Of a stretch of DNA of 38,775 nt, positions 7,820 to 16,860 are shown in pieces. Within the stretch, counting starts at the first letter, position 1. Each line of letters starts with the position of its first letter. Below the pieces are notes generated by a model. It was given only the letters and a program-made list of their open reading frames with translations. It was not told where the DNA came from and made no database searches. The position numbers were made by a program, and so were the translations under genes. This stretch comes from a virus (Duplodnaviria; Caudoviricetes): the IMG/VR virus record IMGVR_UViG_3300048848_000233, positions 1-38,775 of that record; one strand, 5' to 3'.

Positions 7820-8452
7820 ATGAATTACGCCATCGGCCTTGTCGCGCATGTCGACCGACAGGACATGGCCGAGGCCCTCGCTGCACAAGTCGAACCGACT
7901 TGCATCAGCATCGATGACGGCCATATCGGACCCGGCACGAACCACCGCCGAGTATGGGCCGACCTGAGCACCTACGACACCACCTGGTCAGTAGTCCTCG
8001 AAGAGGATGCCCTGCCAGTCAGCGACTTTCGAGACCAGCTCCGCCTGGTCCTCGACGCCGCACCGGCACCGATCGTCAGCTTGTACCTCGGACGGCTTCG
8101 GCCTCCGACATGGCAGCCGAAGATCACCGATGCCATCAGGCAGACCTACGGCACCGGAGCGCATTGGATCATCGGGTCCGAGTGCCTTCACGCCGTCGGT
8201 GTCGCCGTCCACACAGCGCTGGTCGACGACATGCTGTCCGGCCTGATGCCTTACCTCCCGATTGACCAAGCAATTGGACGCTGGGCACGGAGTCGAGGCC
8301 ACGAGATCGCCTACTGCTGGCCTTCACTGGTCGATCACGCCGACACCGGCACCCTGATCCGGCACTCGGACAACGTTCCTCGAGTCCCGGGCAGAGTGGC
8401 CTGGAGCACCGGCACTCGGCACCGCTGGACCAGCCGAAGCGTGAAGCTTTAG
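7820..8452 (+). CDS. Phage glycosyltransferase (GT25-like)
   Basis: IGLVAH..R, NHRRVW, VVLEEDA acidic motif, PIDQAI, PSLVDHAD; typical position near the virion genome end. Confidence 0.75.
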   Translation: MNYAIGLVAHVDRQDMAEALAAQVEPTCISIDDGHIGPGTNHRRVWADLSTYDTTWSVVLEEDALPVSDFRDQLRLVLDAAPAPIVSLYLGRLRPPTWQPKITDAIRQTYGTGAHWIIGSECLHAVGVAVHTALVDDMLSGLMPYLPIDQAIGRWARSRGHEIAYCWPSLVDHADTGTLIRHSDNVPRVPGRVAWSTGTRHRWTSRSVKL

Positions 8453-9001
8453 CGCTTCACGGGCCTTTCTACGCCTCCTGTACCAGACCCGAAAACCCCG
8501 GCCCAGGACGAGAAGCGCGATAGGCACGGAGAACAAGAAGACCCACCAGTACCTCTTCGGTGCTTCTATCAAAACCTCTTCGGCAAAACCTGGTCGAATC
8601 TGGTTGGCCAGTATTATCGCGGCGATGTAAGGCGCGCATCCGACCACGAGCAACAAGAACGACCTCAACATGTTGCCGCGATAGGCGGCTGTGTACGTGA
8701 GTACAACCATCACGACCGAGAACACCAAGAGCACGGTGACGAGGGCTGCTTTGCCCGACGGTGTGCTGACGTAGCCCGCGCTGACTGCGTAGGTGTAGGC
8801 GATCAGGGCGACGACACCGACGGCGAGGATCTCCGTGGCGATGTCACGGTAGAAGCTCTCGTCTCTCAGCCAGCCCAGCGGAATCTTCCAGAACGGTCGG
8901 TCCGGCTCAGGCGGCTCTACGAGCGGAGGCTTCGGTGGACGAAGTCGAAGCCGCGCCGACTTCGTTGTCGGAACCAGATGCTTTCCCCGGTTAGCAGACA
9001 C
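8324..9001 (-). CDS. Four-TM membrane protein (moron)
   Basis: Four hydrophobic segments, antisense to the late genes, TAGCAT 6 nt before GTG; 3' end overlaps the GT gene. Confidence 0.7.
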   Translation of the reverse strand: MSANRGKHLVPTTKSARLRLRPPKPPLVEPPEPDRPFWKIPLGWLRDESFYRDIATEILAVGVVALIAYTYAVSAGYVSTPSGKAALVTVLLVFSVVMVVLTYTAAYRGNMLRSFLLLVVGCAPYIAAIILANQIRPGFAEEVLIEAPKRYWWVFLFSVPIALLVLGRGFRVWYRRRRKAREALKLHASAGPAVPSAGAPGHSARDSRNVVRVPDQGAGVGVIDQ

Positions 9002-9043
9002 GTGCGAATGCTAGGCGACTAAGCAGCAAACTCGGCGGAGGTC

Positions 9044-9364
9044 ATGCTGGTGGTTTGGCAGAACGGTGGCCCCGGAAGCCACATCCCGATCAGCAGCAAG
9101 CGCACCGTCCGCCGACGCCAGAACAACTGTTGCGCGGTGTACGACCCCTTGGTCTGTACCGGCGAGATCGACCAGTTCGACCACATCGTGAACGTCAAGG
9201 CGCTCCGGGTCGACCGCAAGCTCGCCAACGATCCGGACCTGCTGCAGGGACTGTGCCTGCCGTGCCACAAGCGCAAGACACAGGCCGAAGCTCAGGCCGG
9301 ACGCCGCAAGCACCTTCGGAAGCCCAAGCCGCACCCGGGCCTGATCCAGAATCCGGAGGACTGA
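9044..9364 (+). CDS. HNH endonuclease (terminase-associated)
   Basis: DHIV...N.PDLLQGLCLPCHKRKT..EA motif; position upstream of cos/terS; start could be GTG9050. Confidence 0.85.
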   Translation: MLVVWQNGGPGSHIPISSKRTVRRRQNNCCAVYDPLVCTGEIDQFDHIVNVKALRVDRKLANDPDLLQGLCLPCHKRKTQAEAQAGRRKHLRKPKPHPGLIQNPED

Positions 9365-9365
9365 C

Positions 9366-9557
9366 ATGGCCGACGTTGTGCTCCAGCGCATCACCATCAC
9401 TCGCGAGCTGCTCGACAGCGGAGACGAGACCTACTCAGTCGAGTACGAGGACCCGGGCCGCGACGACGGCCTGATCGGCTGGCTCGACGGCCTGGCTCTC
9501 TTCGAGGCCGCGAAGTTCGATCTCTACGAACGACATCGCGCCGATTCGGAGGACTGA
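9366..9557 (+). CDS. Hypothetical protein
   Basis: GGAGG SD, tight packing. Confidence 0.7.
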   Translation: MADVVLQRITITRELLDSGDETYSVEYEDPGRDDGLIGWLDGLALFEAAKFDLYERHRADSED

Positions 9558-9558
9558 C

Positions 9559-9819
9559 ATGACGACCATCTACCGACACATGATGTTCGACAACGCCGTC
9601 TCACTCGATCTGGCTTCCAAGATCCAGACCGACGAGATGGCCAGCGAGGCTGCGCTGAAAGGCCTGACGCTGAACGACATCACCCTGGTTTGGAACGGCA
9701 CACTCGCCGAGGCTGCACAGTCAGAAGAAGCCAGCCCTCTCCTGGGCGACTTGCTGTCCGGCGGAAACAGCGACAGTCTCAACGTCGTCATCCACTCGGC
9801 CACCGCGACGAAGGCCTGA
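9559..9819 (+). CDS. Hypothetical protein
   Basis: GGAGG SD, tight packing. Confidence 0.7.
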   Translation: MTTIYRHMMFDNAVSLDLASKIQTDEMASEAALKGLTLNDITLVWNGTLAEAAQSEEASPLLGDLLSGGNSDSLNVVIHSATATKA

Positions 9820-9821
9820 GC

Positions 9822-10058
9822 ATGGCTACGGCTGCCGCACAGTGCATCTGCAGTCACCTGCAGGCCGAGCACACCGAGGACGGCTGCGCAGAGCCCACAG
9901 GCCGCTGCCAGTGCCCTCAGTACGTCGAGCTGTGCCTGTCCTGCCGTCATTCGACGGTGGACCACAACGGCATCGAAGGCCGCTGCACCCGCACGGTCCG
10001 CAAGACCGGGATGCCCTGCAACTGCATGACATATCCGACCCCGCTGGAGGGAAGCTGA
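9822..10058 (+). CDS. Cys/His-rich small protein (78 aa)
   Basis: Two repeats of Cx(1-2)CxHxxxxH...C...CxC..Y. Confidence 0.65.
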   Translation: MATAAAQCICSHLQAEHTEDGCAEPTGRCQCPQYVELCLSCRHSTVDHNGIEGRCTRTVRKTGMPCNCMTYPTPLEGS

Positions 10059-10059
10059 C

Positions 10060-10233
10060 GTGACCATGGTCTGCAGCATCTGCGGATCTGTGGTCGCAGA
10101 TACCGCCAAACACACACGCTTCCACCAGAACCTGATCCTGGTGCTGACCTCACCCCTCGGTGAGGACATGGCGCTCAAGCAATCCGAGAGCGTCCTGACC
10201 AACATCAGCTTCACCGACGTCGGCTCTGACTGA
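10060..10233 (+). CDS. Small C2H2 zinc-finger-like protein (57 aa, not in track)
   Basis: GGAGG SD; CSICGSVVADTAKHTRFH. Confidence 0.6.
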   Translation: MTMVCSICGSVVADTAKHTRFHQNLILVLTSPLGEDMALKQSESVLTNISFTDVGSD

Positions 10234-10388
10234 TGGCCAATGTGCAGTACCTCGCACACTCGACGTGCATCCATTGCGCACTGATCCTCGGTCAGCTGCC
10301 GAACGGAACCTGGGTCCACGCCGAGGGACTGCAGTCCGAGTTGTCCTACTGCGGACCGGGCACCGATACCAGAGCCGACACGGCCTGA
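10233..10388 (+). CDS. Small CxxC/WVH protein (51 aa, not in track)
   Basis: TGATG overlap; CIHC...GTWVH...C. Confidence 0.55.
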   Translation: MANVQYLAHSTCIHCALILGQLPNGTWVHAEGLQSELSYCGPGTDTRADTA

Positions 10389-10402
10389 GCTACCTTGACC
10401 GG

Positions 10403-10999
10403 ATGGATCTGCTGGCTTACGGCCCGATTGTTGGTTCGCTGATCGGTGCACTCGGTATCGGTTCTGTTCTCGGCACGTGGCTCACTGGCGGTCAGGCCCG
10501 CCGAGAAGTCCGGAGCAAGGTCCTCGCCGCACTCGCCGAGACTGAGCAAAAACGGTGGGCAGGTGACGGCAACTATCACGAGTTCAACATCGCGGTTCGC
10601 AGGCTGGAGACCGCAGCGCTTGTTGCTCGGGTCCCGCGCAAGGTAGTGCTCCATTACGTGGTTCTTGCCCAGACTGCCAACTATCTCAGCCGTGAGAACT
10701 ACGAAGAGCTTGGTGGCGACGAGGATATGGGAGCCGGTGCTATCAACGGCTACTACGCGGGTCACGTCCGCGATGCCGCCGAGATCATCACACTGTGCGT
10801 CTGGCGACCGTGGTGGTCGAAACTCACGGTCCCCAACGATCTACGCAAACTTCGCTCGCAAGTGCTCGCCCTCGACGACACTCAGATCCAACAGAAGCTG
10901 GCGCTGATGCAGAAGCATCACGGAGTCCTCCCGGGTCCACTCGGGCAGCTTCCTGGTATCAAGTCACCACCGCCGAGGCCGGAGCCGGAAGAGAAGTAG
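10403..10999 (+). CDS. N-terminally membrane-anchored protein (moron)
   Basis: TACCTT 6 nt before ATG10403; TM IVGSLIGALGIGSVLGTWL; atypical codon usage. Confidence 0.7.
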   Translation: MDLLAYGPIVGSLIGALGIGSVLGTWLTGGQARREVRSKVLAALAETEQKRWAGDGNYHEFNIAVRRLETAALVARVPRKVVLHYVVLAQTANYLSRENYEELGGDEDMGAGAINGYYAGHVRDAAEIITLCVWRPWWSKLTVPNDLRKLRSQVLALDDTQIQQKLALMQKHHGVLPGPLGQLPGIKSPPPRPEPEEK

Positions 11000-11003
11000 G
11001 GAG

Positions 11004-11261
11004 CTACTTCTCCTTCAGCTTCGCTCCGATCGTCCTTAGTTGCTGGTCGATAGAGCCCAGCGTGTTGATCAGTTCGACGTGGGACGCGATCAGGTGACCA
11101 AGTAGTTCTTCGTTACGCTGCCGTTCTTCCTCGACGGACTGGGACTGCCTCGGTGCCGCAGCGTTTCGCTTCAGGTACTCAATCAGGGCCTTGCAGTTGG
11201 TTAAGGCCTGGGGCACCTGCACGGACTGCAGAACCGCGAGCAGCTTCCGATCGACGTTCAT
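11004..11261 (-). CDS. Hypothetical coiled-coil protein (moron)
   Basis: GAGGAG SD; convergent with the 10403 gene. Confidence 0.55.
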   Translation of the reverse strand: MNVDRKLLAVLQSVQVPQALTNCKALIEYLKRNAAAPRQSQSVEEERQRNEELLGHLIASHVELINTLGSIDQQLRTIGAKLKEK

Positions 11262-11417
11262 CTAGGTCTCCTCTTCGTGGGTATGGACATCCACGAATCT
11301 AGGAGACCGCTCAGACATTCACCGACAGATTCGACAGCCCCTGGCCGTCCTTCTGCTCGATCCAGATCTTCCACGTCTGACAAGCCACCACCACCGGAGT
11401 CCAGAGTCCGAAGGGAT

Positions 11418-12008
11418 TTAGGCCTTCGCGTCAGTCTCGAAGGCGATCTCCTTGCTGTCGATCAGAGCCTTCACGGCCTCGCCGACAACCTCGTCCAGGT
11501 AGCTCGGAACCTTCTTCGGCGGGGACTTCTTCCGCCTGGCCGATTCGCTTTGTCGAGCGTGCTGCACTTGTTCATGCAGGAGCTTGGAAGTCTCGATGTG
11601 GAGCCGGTTCACGTGGTGCCTCTTGCGCATGTCGGTGAAGTGGCCCCACAAGCTGAGTAGTCGGTGCACAGCAGCACTGGCCAACACCGACGCCGCCGGG
11701 ATGTAGAGCCACATCTCCAAGGGCGAGTTGTACCTGATCCGCTCGAAATGAAACTCATCCGCTGCCCGGTTTGCGCGAAACAGCAAGTACTCGTCGACAG
11801 TCGGTCCAGCCATCACCGATAGATGCTCCGCTTCCTCGCGATCCGGCTCAGTGTGCATCGTCTCAACGAAGGCCGCGACCGCGAGCAGACTGCGAATCTG
11901 TGCACACTTCTCGGACAGCCCGGACAAGCCGACGAACCGAGACCAGTCATCGGACTGAGTGATGTGCAGGACACCTGTCTGCACGCCCGCGATGGTGGTG
12001 ACCGTCAT
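11418..12008 (-). CDS. Hypothetical protein (moron)
   Basis: 196-aa ORF with GGGGG SD and a central hydrophobic stretch after RIRYNSPLEM. Confidence 0.65.
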   Translation of the reverse strand: MTVTTIAGVQTGVLHITQSDDWSRFVGLSGLSEKCAQIRSLLAVAAFVETMHTEPDREEAEHLSVMAGPTVDEYLLFRANRAADEFHFERIRYNSPLEMWLYIPAASVLASAAVHRLLSLWGHFTDMRKRHHVNRLHIETSKLLHEQVQHARQSESARRKKSPPKKVPSYLDEVVGEAVKALIDSKEIAFETDAKA

Positions 12009-12086
12009 TGATACCCCCGACCTGCTCGTGCTTCGCCAACGAAGTAAAGCAGACCATAGGCCGTCCTTCTGGTTGGACCAGAGGTT

Positions 12087-12301
12087 CCACGGCTGACATA
12101 GAGCCTCCGTCCCCGTACGGATCAGCTACCTCAGCCGTCCGCAGCCATACCCCTGGGGGACTGACCCGTACCCCCGGTGACCAGGGCCACGGCTGACATA
12201 GAGCCTCCGTCCCCGTACGGATCAGCTACCTCAGCCGTCCGCAGCCATACCCCTGGGGGACTGACCCGTACCCCCGGTGACCAGGGCCACGGCTGACATA
12301 G
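12087..12301. repeat. Exact 100-bp tandem duplication (2.15 copies) over the putative cos region
   Basis: 12087-12186 equals 12187-12286; CCACGGCTGACATAG occurs three times. Confidence 0.95.
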
Positions 12302-12357
12302 CGAGAAGACGTGCGTACGGAAACGGGGCCGATAAGACACCCGAAGGAGGGCTCCGC

Positions 12358-12786
12358 ATGGCGATCAAGGGACGCAAGCCGAAGCCCCCGGGCGAGGCCG
12401 TCAACCGCAACCAGAAGGCCTTCGCCGATGCTTGGGTCGAGGTCGAGAACGTACCGAACAACGACAGCCCGCACCGGCTTCCACGCAAGCGCCCCAACGG
12501 TGACGAGTGGCTCGAAGCCACCGTCCAGAAGTGGCGAGCGTGGCGCACAATGCCGCACACCCGACTCTGGAGCGAGGCGGACTGGCAGTTCTGCCTGGAC
12601 ACCGTGGAGATCTGCGCACGGTTCCACGCAGGCAACAACGCTGCCGCTGCAGAGCTTCGAGCCCGCGAGGCCATCATGGGCACCACCGTCAGTGCTCGCC
12701 TGGGTCTCCGCATCCGGTACGTCGAGCCGAAGGCCGAGAAGCCGAAGCTGACTGTGGTGAACGGCAATGACTTCCGAGACCTCTAG
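12358..12786 (+). CDS. terS: Terminase small subunit
   Basis: GRKPKP...VNRN, W..W...PH..LW...DW, AELRARE..MG.T..AR..LRI; AAGGAGG SD. Confidence 0.88.
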   Translation: MAIKGRKPKPPGEAVNRNQKAFADAWVEVENVPNNDSPHRLPRKRPNGDEWLEATVQKWRAWRTMPHTRLWSEADWQFCLDTVEICARFHAGNNAAAAELRAREAIMGTTVSARLGLRIRYVEPKAEKPKLTVVNGNDFRDL

Positions 12787-12916
12787 CCGGACCCGGATCA
12801 CGATCCTGGTGTCCGGTGAGATCCACGACGTCCCGGCCCGCAAGATCTTCCGGCTGCTGCGCAAGTCCGGCCTGAAGATCACAGAGGTTCTGGCCGAACG
12901 GATCTCCGATGACTGA
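12767..12916 (+). CDS. Small protein between terS and terL (49 aa, not in track)
   Basis: Fills the gap and overlaps both neighbours. Confidence 0.5.
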   Translation: MTSETSSRTRITILVSGEIHDVPARKIFRLLRKSGLKITEVLAERISDD

Positions 12917-14744
12917 CCTGATGGAGCCGCAGGCCCCCGAGCAGGAAGTCCAGGAGCTGCAACCGGGCTACCGAGTCGATCCGGCCACTGGTGCCTGGGT
13001 GACACTGCCGTGGCCCTCGGACGCCGAGACCAAGGACCGGCTGATCGCCAACTCGATCGGTCCGCTGGTCATCCGCTGGGCAGAGAACCAGCTGACGGAC
13101 GAAGAGTTCGAGCTGTACGGCCCGGGCCTGATCCATCACCTCCACGCGACATCGTGGCGGTTCACGCCGGGTCAGAAGCGCTTCCTGATCCTCTGGTACG
13201 CCTACGATCCCGACACTGGCCGGTATCTCTACCGCCGTGGAGTGAAGCGAGGTGCAAAGGGCACCGGCAAGGACCCCTTCGCCGCTGCGCACGGCAACTG
13301 CGAGCTGGCCGGTCCGACACACCTGGTCTGGGACGACGAGAAGGGCTGGACCGGAATCCAGCACCGCGTCCCGCTGGTGCAGATCGCCGCCAACAGCGAG
13401 AAGCAGGCCAAAGAGGTCCTCAACACCGCTAACGCGATGTGGTCGCGAGAAGCGCTGGCCTGGCACGGTATCGAGACCCAGAAGACCCAGACCAACCTGC
13501 AGGGCCGAGGTCGATTCGAGGTCCTGACGTCCTCGGAGGCTTCCGCCGAGGGTGACCCGGCGACGTTCATCATCTTGAACGAGAGCCACCACATGATCGA
13601 GAGCAACCAAGGTCACCGGCTGACCGAGGTGGCTCGACGCAACGTCGGCAAGTCGCCGGAGGACCTGCAAGGCCGACTTGTCGAATACACCAACGCACAC
13701 TCGACGTCCGACGACTCGACTGCACAGCGCTCTTACGAGACGTGGCAGGACAAGGTGTCTGGCCGCAACAAGGGCAAACAGGACTTCCTGTATGACTCGA
13801 TCGAGGCCGACCCCAACCTGAAGCTCAGCGAGCCCGAACAGCTGAAGCTGGCTCTGAAGCAGGCCTACTCGGATGCTCCATGGTCGGACCTGGAGCGGAT
13901 CGAGGCCGAGATCTACGACTCCGATCTCTCGGAGGCTCAGGCGATCCGGTTCTACCTGAACGGCTTTGGCACCCGTGAGGATGCCTGGGTCGATCCGCGG
14001 AACTGGGACGGACTGAGCCGTGCCGACATCGTGGTGGCCGACGGCGACAGGATCGCCATGTTCCTCGACTGCTCGAAGTCCTCGGATACTACCGGCCTGG
14101 TGGGAGTTCGGATCTCGGACGGTCATGCCTTCGTCCTCGGCTACTGGAGGCCGAAGAAGACTCCGCGTGGAGACCACGAGCTGGTGCCGCGACACGAGGT
14201 CGACGCCGCTGTCCGAGATGCTTTCCAGCGCTACCGGGTCATGTGGTTCGGAGTCGATCCGTCCCCGGCCAAGGACGACGACACAGAGCACCTGTACTGG
14301 AAGCCGACGATCGACTCCTGGCACCAGGACTTTCACCAGAAGCTCAGCCGCCGAGGACTCTGGGCCACCGGCACACCCGGGGCCAAGTTCGGACACTCGG
14401 TGCTCTTCGATATGCGACTGTCGCAGCACGGAGCCCATGAACGAATGGCTTTGTTCACCGAGATGGCTGAGCAAGTCGCCATCTGGGTCGACGAAGAGCA
14501 CTCGATCACCCATGACGGTGATCCTGCGCTCCGTCTGCACGTCCACAACGCCCGAAACAAGGGCAACAAGTGGGGGACCTCCCTGGGCAAGGAGTCCCCG
14601 ACGTCCAAGAAGCACGTCGACTTGGCCATCTGCCTGGTTGGCGCCCACCTCGGACGCCGACTCCTCAAGAACAACACCAAGATCCGCACCGACACCCGTG
14701 GTGGTGGACGGTCAACTCAAGGACGGGAGTGCGTAGTCCTGTGA
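12909..14744 (+). CDS. terL: Terminase large subunit
   Basis: Walker A-like RGAKGTGKDP, Walker B-like IILNESH, nuclease FLDCSKSSD and HVD. Confidence 0.93.
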   Translation: MTDLMEPQAPEQEVQELQPGYRVDPATGAWVTLPWPSDAETKDRLIANSIGPLVIRWAENQLTDEEFELYGPGLIHHLHATSWRFTPGQKRFLILWYAYDPDTGRYLYRRGVKRGAKGTGKDPFAAAHGNCELAGPTHLVWDDEKGWTGIQHRVPLVQIAANSEKQAKEVLNTANAMWSREALAWHGIETQKTQTNLQGRGRFEVLTSSEASAEGDPATFIILNESHHMIESNQGHRLTEVARRNVGKSPEDLQGRLVEYTNAHSTSDDSTAQRSYETWQDKVSGRNKGKQDFLYDSIEADPNLKLSEPEQLKLALKQAYSDAPWSDLERIEAEIYDSDLSEAQAIRFYLNGFGTREDAWVDPRNWDGLSRADIVVADGDRIAMFLDCSKSSDTTGLVGVRISDGHAFVLGYWRPKKTPRGDHELVPRHEVDAAVRDAFQRYRVMWFGVDPSPAKDDDTEHLYWKPTIDSWHQDFHQKLSRRGLWATGTPGAKFGHSVLFDMRLSQHGAHERMALFTEMAEQVAIWVDEEHSITHDGDPALRLHVHNARNKGNKWGTSLGKESPTSKKHVDLAICLVGAHLGRRLLKNNTKIRTDTRGGGRSTQGRECVVL

Positions 14745-16183
14745 CGACAGAGCAGATTCACGTCCCTGGTTTCGAAGACGACGAAGACCGTCTGCTGAAC
14801 CATCTGCTGAAGCAGCTCGACGCCAAGGCTCCTCGCAACATGCTTCGTGCGAGCTACTACGACGGCAAACGGGCGATCAAGCAGGTCGGCACCGTCATTC
14901 CGCCGCAGTACTACCGGCTTGGCATTGTGCTGGGCTGGTCGGCCAAGGCCGTCGACATCCTGGCTCGCCGCTGCAATTTGGACGGCTTCGTGTGGTCGGA
15001 CGGCGATCTCAACTCCCTCGGTGCTCGCGAGGTCTGGGACGCCAACTTCCTCGCGTCCGAGATCAACTCCGGCATGGTCTCCTCGCTGATCCACTCGGTG
15101 GCCTTCCTGGTGAACACCGAAGGCCAAGAGGACGAGCCGGAGTCACTGATTCACGTCAAGGACGCGATGAACGCGACCGGCGACTGGAACTGGCGTGCAC
15201 GGCGGCTGGACAACCTGCTGTCGATCACCGACCGCGACGGCGAGAACAAGCCGACCGGCCTGGTGCTCTACCTCGACGGCGAGACCGTCACGGCCATCAA
15301 GGACTTGGGACGGTGGGCAGTTGTCGACCGCACCGAACACCCTTGGGGTGTCCCGGCGGAGCCGCTGGTCTATAAGCCCCGGGTCGGCAGGCCGTTCGGC
15401 AGCTCCCGGATCTCGCGTCCGGTGATGAGCTTGCACGATCAGGCGCTGCGCACCGTGATCCGGCTGGAGGGTCACGCCGACGTCTTCTCCTACCCGGAGA
15501 TGTGGATGCTGGGTGCCGATCCGTCGATGTTCAAGGACGCCAACGGCAATCCGAAGCCGGTCTGGCAGACCATGCTGGGCCGGATCAAGGGCATCCCCGA
15601 CGACGACGACGCCGAGAACCCCCGCGCCGATGTGAAGCAGTTCCAAGCCCAGTCGCCGACGCCGCACATCGAGACCCTGAAGCAGCAGGCGCAGCTGTTC
15701 TCCGGCGAGACCTCGATCCCGCTGACGTCTCTGGGTGTCTCCGACATGTCGAACCCGACGTCCTCGGACTCCTACATCGCCAGCCGCGAGGATCTGATCT
15801 CCGAAGCCGAGGGAGCCACCGACGACTGGGCTCCGGCCCTTCGCCGCACCATGATCCGTGCTCTGGCCATCCAGAACGGCCTCAGCGAGATCCCGGCGGA
15901 CTGGGCCACCGTGGACACCAAGTGGCGCAGCCCGATCCACCTGAGCCGCGCTGCACAGGCCGACGCTGGCATGAAGGTCCTGACTGCCGTGCCTTGGCTC
16001 GCCGAGACCGAAGTGGCCCTGGAAATCCTCGGCCTGAGCGATCAGCAGATCACCCGGGCCATGTCGGAACGTCGCCGCGCCGTCGGCAGGAACGTGCTCG
16101 ACACCCTGAGCCAGCGGATCGCTGCACAGCCTCCGCTGGCCGACCAGACACCGCCGGAAGATGCCGACGCCAACGCTGGCTGA
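14741..16183 (+). CDS. Portal protein (SPP1 gp6-like)
   Basis: GTGA overlap with terL; YYDGK, VLGWSAKAVD, RPFGSSRISRPV. Confidence 0.92.
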   Translation: MTTEQIHVPGFEDDEDRLLNHLLKQLDAKAPRNMLRASYYDGKRAIKQVGTVIPPQYYRLGIVLGWSAKAVDILARRCNLDGFVWSDGDLNSLGAREVWDANFLASEINSGMVSSLIHSVAFLVNTEGQEDEPESLIHVKDAMNATGDWNWRARRLDNLLSITDRDGENKPTGLVLYLDGETVTAIKDLGRWAVVDRTEHPWGVPAEPLVYKPRVGRPFGSSRISRPVMSLHDQALRTVIRLEGHADVFSYPEMWMLGADPSMFKDANGNPKPVWQTMLGRIKGIPDDDDAENPRADVKQFQAQSPTPHIETLKQQAQLFSGETSIPLTSLGVSDMSNPTSSDSYIASREDLISEAEGATDDWAPALRRTMIRALAIQNGLSEIPADWATVDTKWRSPIHLSRAAQADAGMKVLTAVPWLAETEVALEILGLSDQQITRAMSERRRAVGRNVLDTLSQRIAAQPPLADQTPPEDADANAG

Positions 16184-16808
16184 GCAGATCGCCGTCATCA
16201 CGTCGACGGCTTTCGAGGACCTGAGTCCACTGTGGGTCAGTTTGTCTCCCCAGGAAGCCGCTGAGGCCCTGTTCGACATGCTCCCGGCGATCGTCGACAC
16301 CTGGGCCACGGCCTCCGGTGCCTTCGCCGCCGACTGGTACGACGACCAACGCGAAGACAACGAGATCCGGGGACGCTTCCACGCGATCGTTCCGGACCTC
16401 GGAGACCTCGGTGCCGAGCAGCTCGCCGGTTGGGGAGCTGAGCCGCTGCGCAGAGAGATCCCCGACCTCCGCCTGACCCGCAGCCGCATCGAAGGCGGAC
16501 TGCAACGCCGCATCACCAACGTCGCCCGGGACACCGTGATGACGTCGGCGATCGAGGACCCCCAGTCGCGAGGGTGGCAGCGAGTCGCTCGATCCGGCGG
16601 CTGCAGCTTCTGCGTCATGTTGGCCGGACGCGGTGCCATCTACACCTCGAAGTCCGCCGACTTCGGTGCCCATGACTTCTGCCACTGTTCGGCCACACCG
16701 GCCTGGAGTGGCAAGGAAATCCCGGTGAAGCCCTACCGGCCTTCGAGCCGCGAGATCACCGACGCCGATCGTGCTCGCGTCCGCGAGTGGATCAAGGCGA
16801 ACCCCTAG
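16161..16808 (+). CDS. Capsid maturation / MuF-like minor head protein
   Basis: Position after portal; GWQRVA...CSFCVMLAGRG...HDFCHC. Confidence 0.8.
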   Translation: MPTPTLAEQIAVITSTAFEDLSPLWVSLSPQEAAEALFDMLPAIVDTWATASGAFAADWYDDQREDNEIRGRFHAIVPDLGDLGAEQLAGWGAEPLRREIPDLRLTRSRIEGGLQRRITNVARDTVMTSAIEDPQSRGWQRVARSGGCSFCVMLAGRGAIYTSKSADFGAHDFCHCSATPAWSGKEIPVKPYRPSSREITDADRARVREWIKANP

Positions 16809-16860
16809 ACCACCTCGACCGAAACGGTTGGGGCATTACCCGAAACGGGAGTTACAACGC

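Noticed and set aside
11262-11318. Short in-frame upstream ORF ending in TAG directly before the 11261 start (possible readthrough or pseudogene)
   Set aside because: The downstream ATG has its own GAGGAG SD, and nothing supports a longer ancestral gene
12087-12301. Possible CRISPR array
   Set aside because: The intervening sequences are identical rather than unique spacers, and no cas genes are present
14570-14740. N-terminal extension of the portal ORF
   Set aside because: It lies inside terL; the GTGA overlap at 14741 gives a normal portal start
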